DNA of 64,000 bases from an uncultured Candidatus Binatia bacterium (GTDB lineage: Bacteria > Desulfobacterota > Binatia > UBA9968 > JAJDTQ01). This document shows positions 63,225 to 64,000 of the stretch, one piece after another. A program made the translations under genes and the position numbers. The stretch is from contig OZ243916.1 in assembly GCA_965213675.1 (NCBI GenBank), positions 2,816,001 to 2,880,000 on the forward strand, read 5' to 3'. The notes under the pieces were generated by a model that did not search any database, was not told the DNA's origin, and saw only the letters and a program-made list of their open reading frames with translations. The first letter of the stretch is position 1. Every line of letters starts with the position of its first letter.

Positions 63225-63301
63225 GGGCCGGGGGGACCGGGAGTGGAATAGCGGGGCGTCACCTTTCATAATTGGCGGGTCTTCACCTTTCACAACACGA
63301 T

Positions 63302-64000
63302 ATGGAATCTGCGATCTTTTCCGGCGTTCTGGGGCTGCTTGACGGCATTACGAACCTGGGGGGCGGCCAGGTGGTCATGATGGCCATCGCGGGGGTGCTG
63401 CTCTACCTGGGTATCGGCAAGGGGTTCGAGCCGCTGCTGCTGGTGCCCATCGGCTTTGGCGCCATCCTGGTGAATATTCCCCAGGCGGACCTGATGGCGG
63501 AGGGAGGCACGCTCCGGTTCTTCTACGACTTCGGCATCCGCACGGAGATCTTCCCGGTGCTGATCTTCATCGGCATCGGCGCCATGACCGACTTCGGGCC
63601 GCTGTTCTCCAACCCCAAAATCATCATGCTGGGGGCGGCCGGGCAGTTCGGCATCTTCCTGACGCTGCTGCTGGCCTTGGGGCTCGGGTTCAGCAAGCTC
63701 GACGCCGTGGCCATCGCGGTCATCGGCGCGTGCGACGGTCCCACCGCCATCTACGTCAGCTCGCGCTACGCGCCGCACCTGTTGGGCGCGGTGTCGGTGG
63801 CGGCCTATTCTTATATGTCGCTGGTGCCGTTGATTCAGCCGCCCATCATGCGCGTGCTGACCACGGCGCGGGAGAAACAGGTGGTCATGGGCATGGTGCA
63901 ACAGAAGCCCGTGTCCAAAACCACGCGCATCCTGTTCCCCATCGTCGTCACCGTGGTGGCGTCCATCATCGCACCCTTGGGGACGCCGCTCATCGGCATG
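63302..64000 (+). CDS. oadB: Sodium ion-translocating decarboxylase beta subunit (3' truncated)
   Basis: FEPLLLVPIGFGAIL, IFPVLIFIGIGAMTDFGPL, GAAGQFGIF, IGACDGPTAIY, AAYSYMSLVPLIQPPIM; could equally be mmdB/gcdB. Confidence 0.9.
   Translation, partial: MESAIFSGVLGLLDGITNLGGGQVVMMAIAGVLLYLGIGKGFEPLLLVPIGFGAILVNIPQADLMAEGGTLRFFYDFGIRTEIFPVLIFIGIGAMTDFGPLFSNPKIIMLGAAGQFGIFLTLLLALGLGFSKLDAVAIAVIGACDGPTAIYVSSRYAPHLLGAVSVAAYSYMSLVPLIQPPIMRVLTTAREKQVVMGMVQQKPVSKTTRILFPIVVTVVASIIAPLGTPLIGM

Overview
High-GC bacterial chromosomal window. The gene content (F420-type PPOX, UbiD, thiolase/DUF35, alpha2-type GlyRS, Slam plus surface lipoprotein, abundant GTCATTCCCGCG...GCGGGAATCC palindromes) suggests a deltaproteobacteria-like or Ca. 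Binatota organism, possibly host-associated; this is inference only. 1-39 kb is mostly core and metabolic: purH-purD, purE, aromatic-type enzymes, pilB-pilC-pilA, ppdK-glyQS-recO, grpE-dnaK-dnaJ-lon, thiL-larB-archease-HD, a His-rich porin plus metal ABC transporter opposite a Fur-family gene, thiolase/DUF35 and UbiD. 39.5-50.3 kb is an accessory, defence-like hotspot. It holds two compositionally foreign three-gene operons with the same architecture: a TIGR04255-like gene, a middle gene with a low-complexity N-terminus, and a different nuclease-like gene (PemK/MazF-like or metallo-beta-lactamase). Each operon is followed by a copy of a 463-bp direct repeat. The hotspot also contains a dinJ gene with a 20-codon yafQ remnant, an HNH remnant, and two intact plus one broken AAA-DUF4143 ATPase genes. 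50-64 kb encodes a molybdo-hydroxylase large subunit, an S8 protease, a Slam (type XI secretion) gene with a 1168-aa stalked TbpB-like lipoprotein, coiled-coil proteins and the start of a Na+-translocating decarboxylase cluster. At least two families of non-autonomous palindromic elements are scattered throughout. All family assignments are from motif recognition by eye; no searches were run. The best candidate for an undescribed system is the pair of TIGR04255-led tripartite modules.
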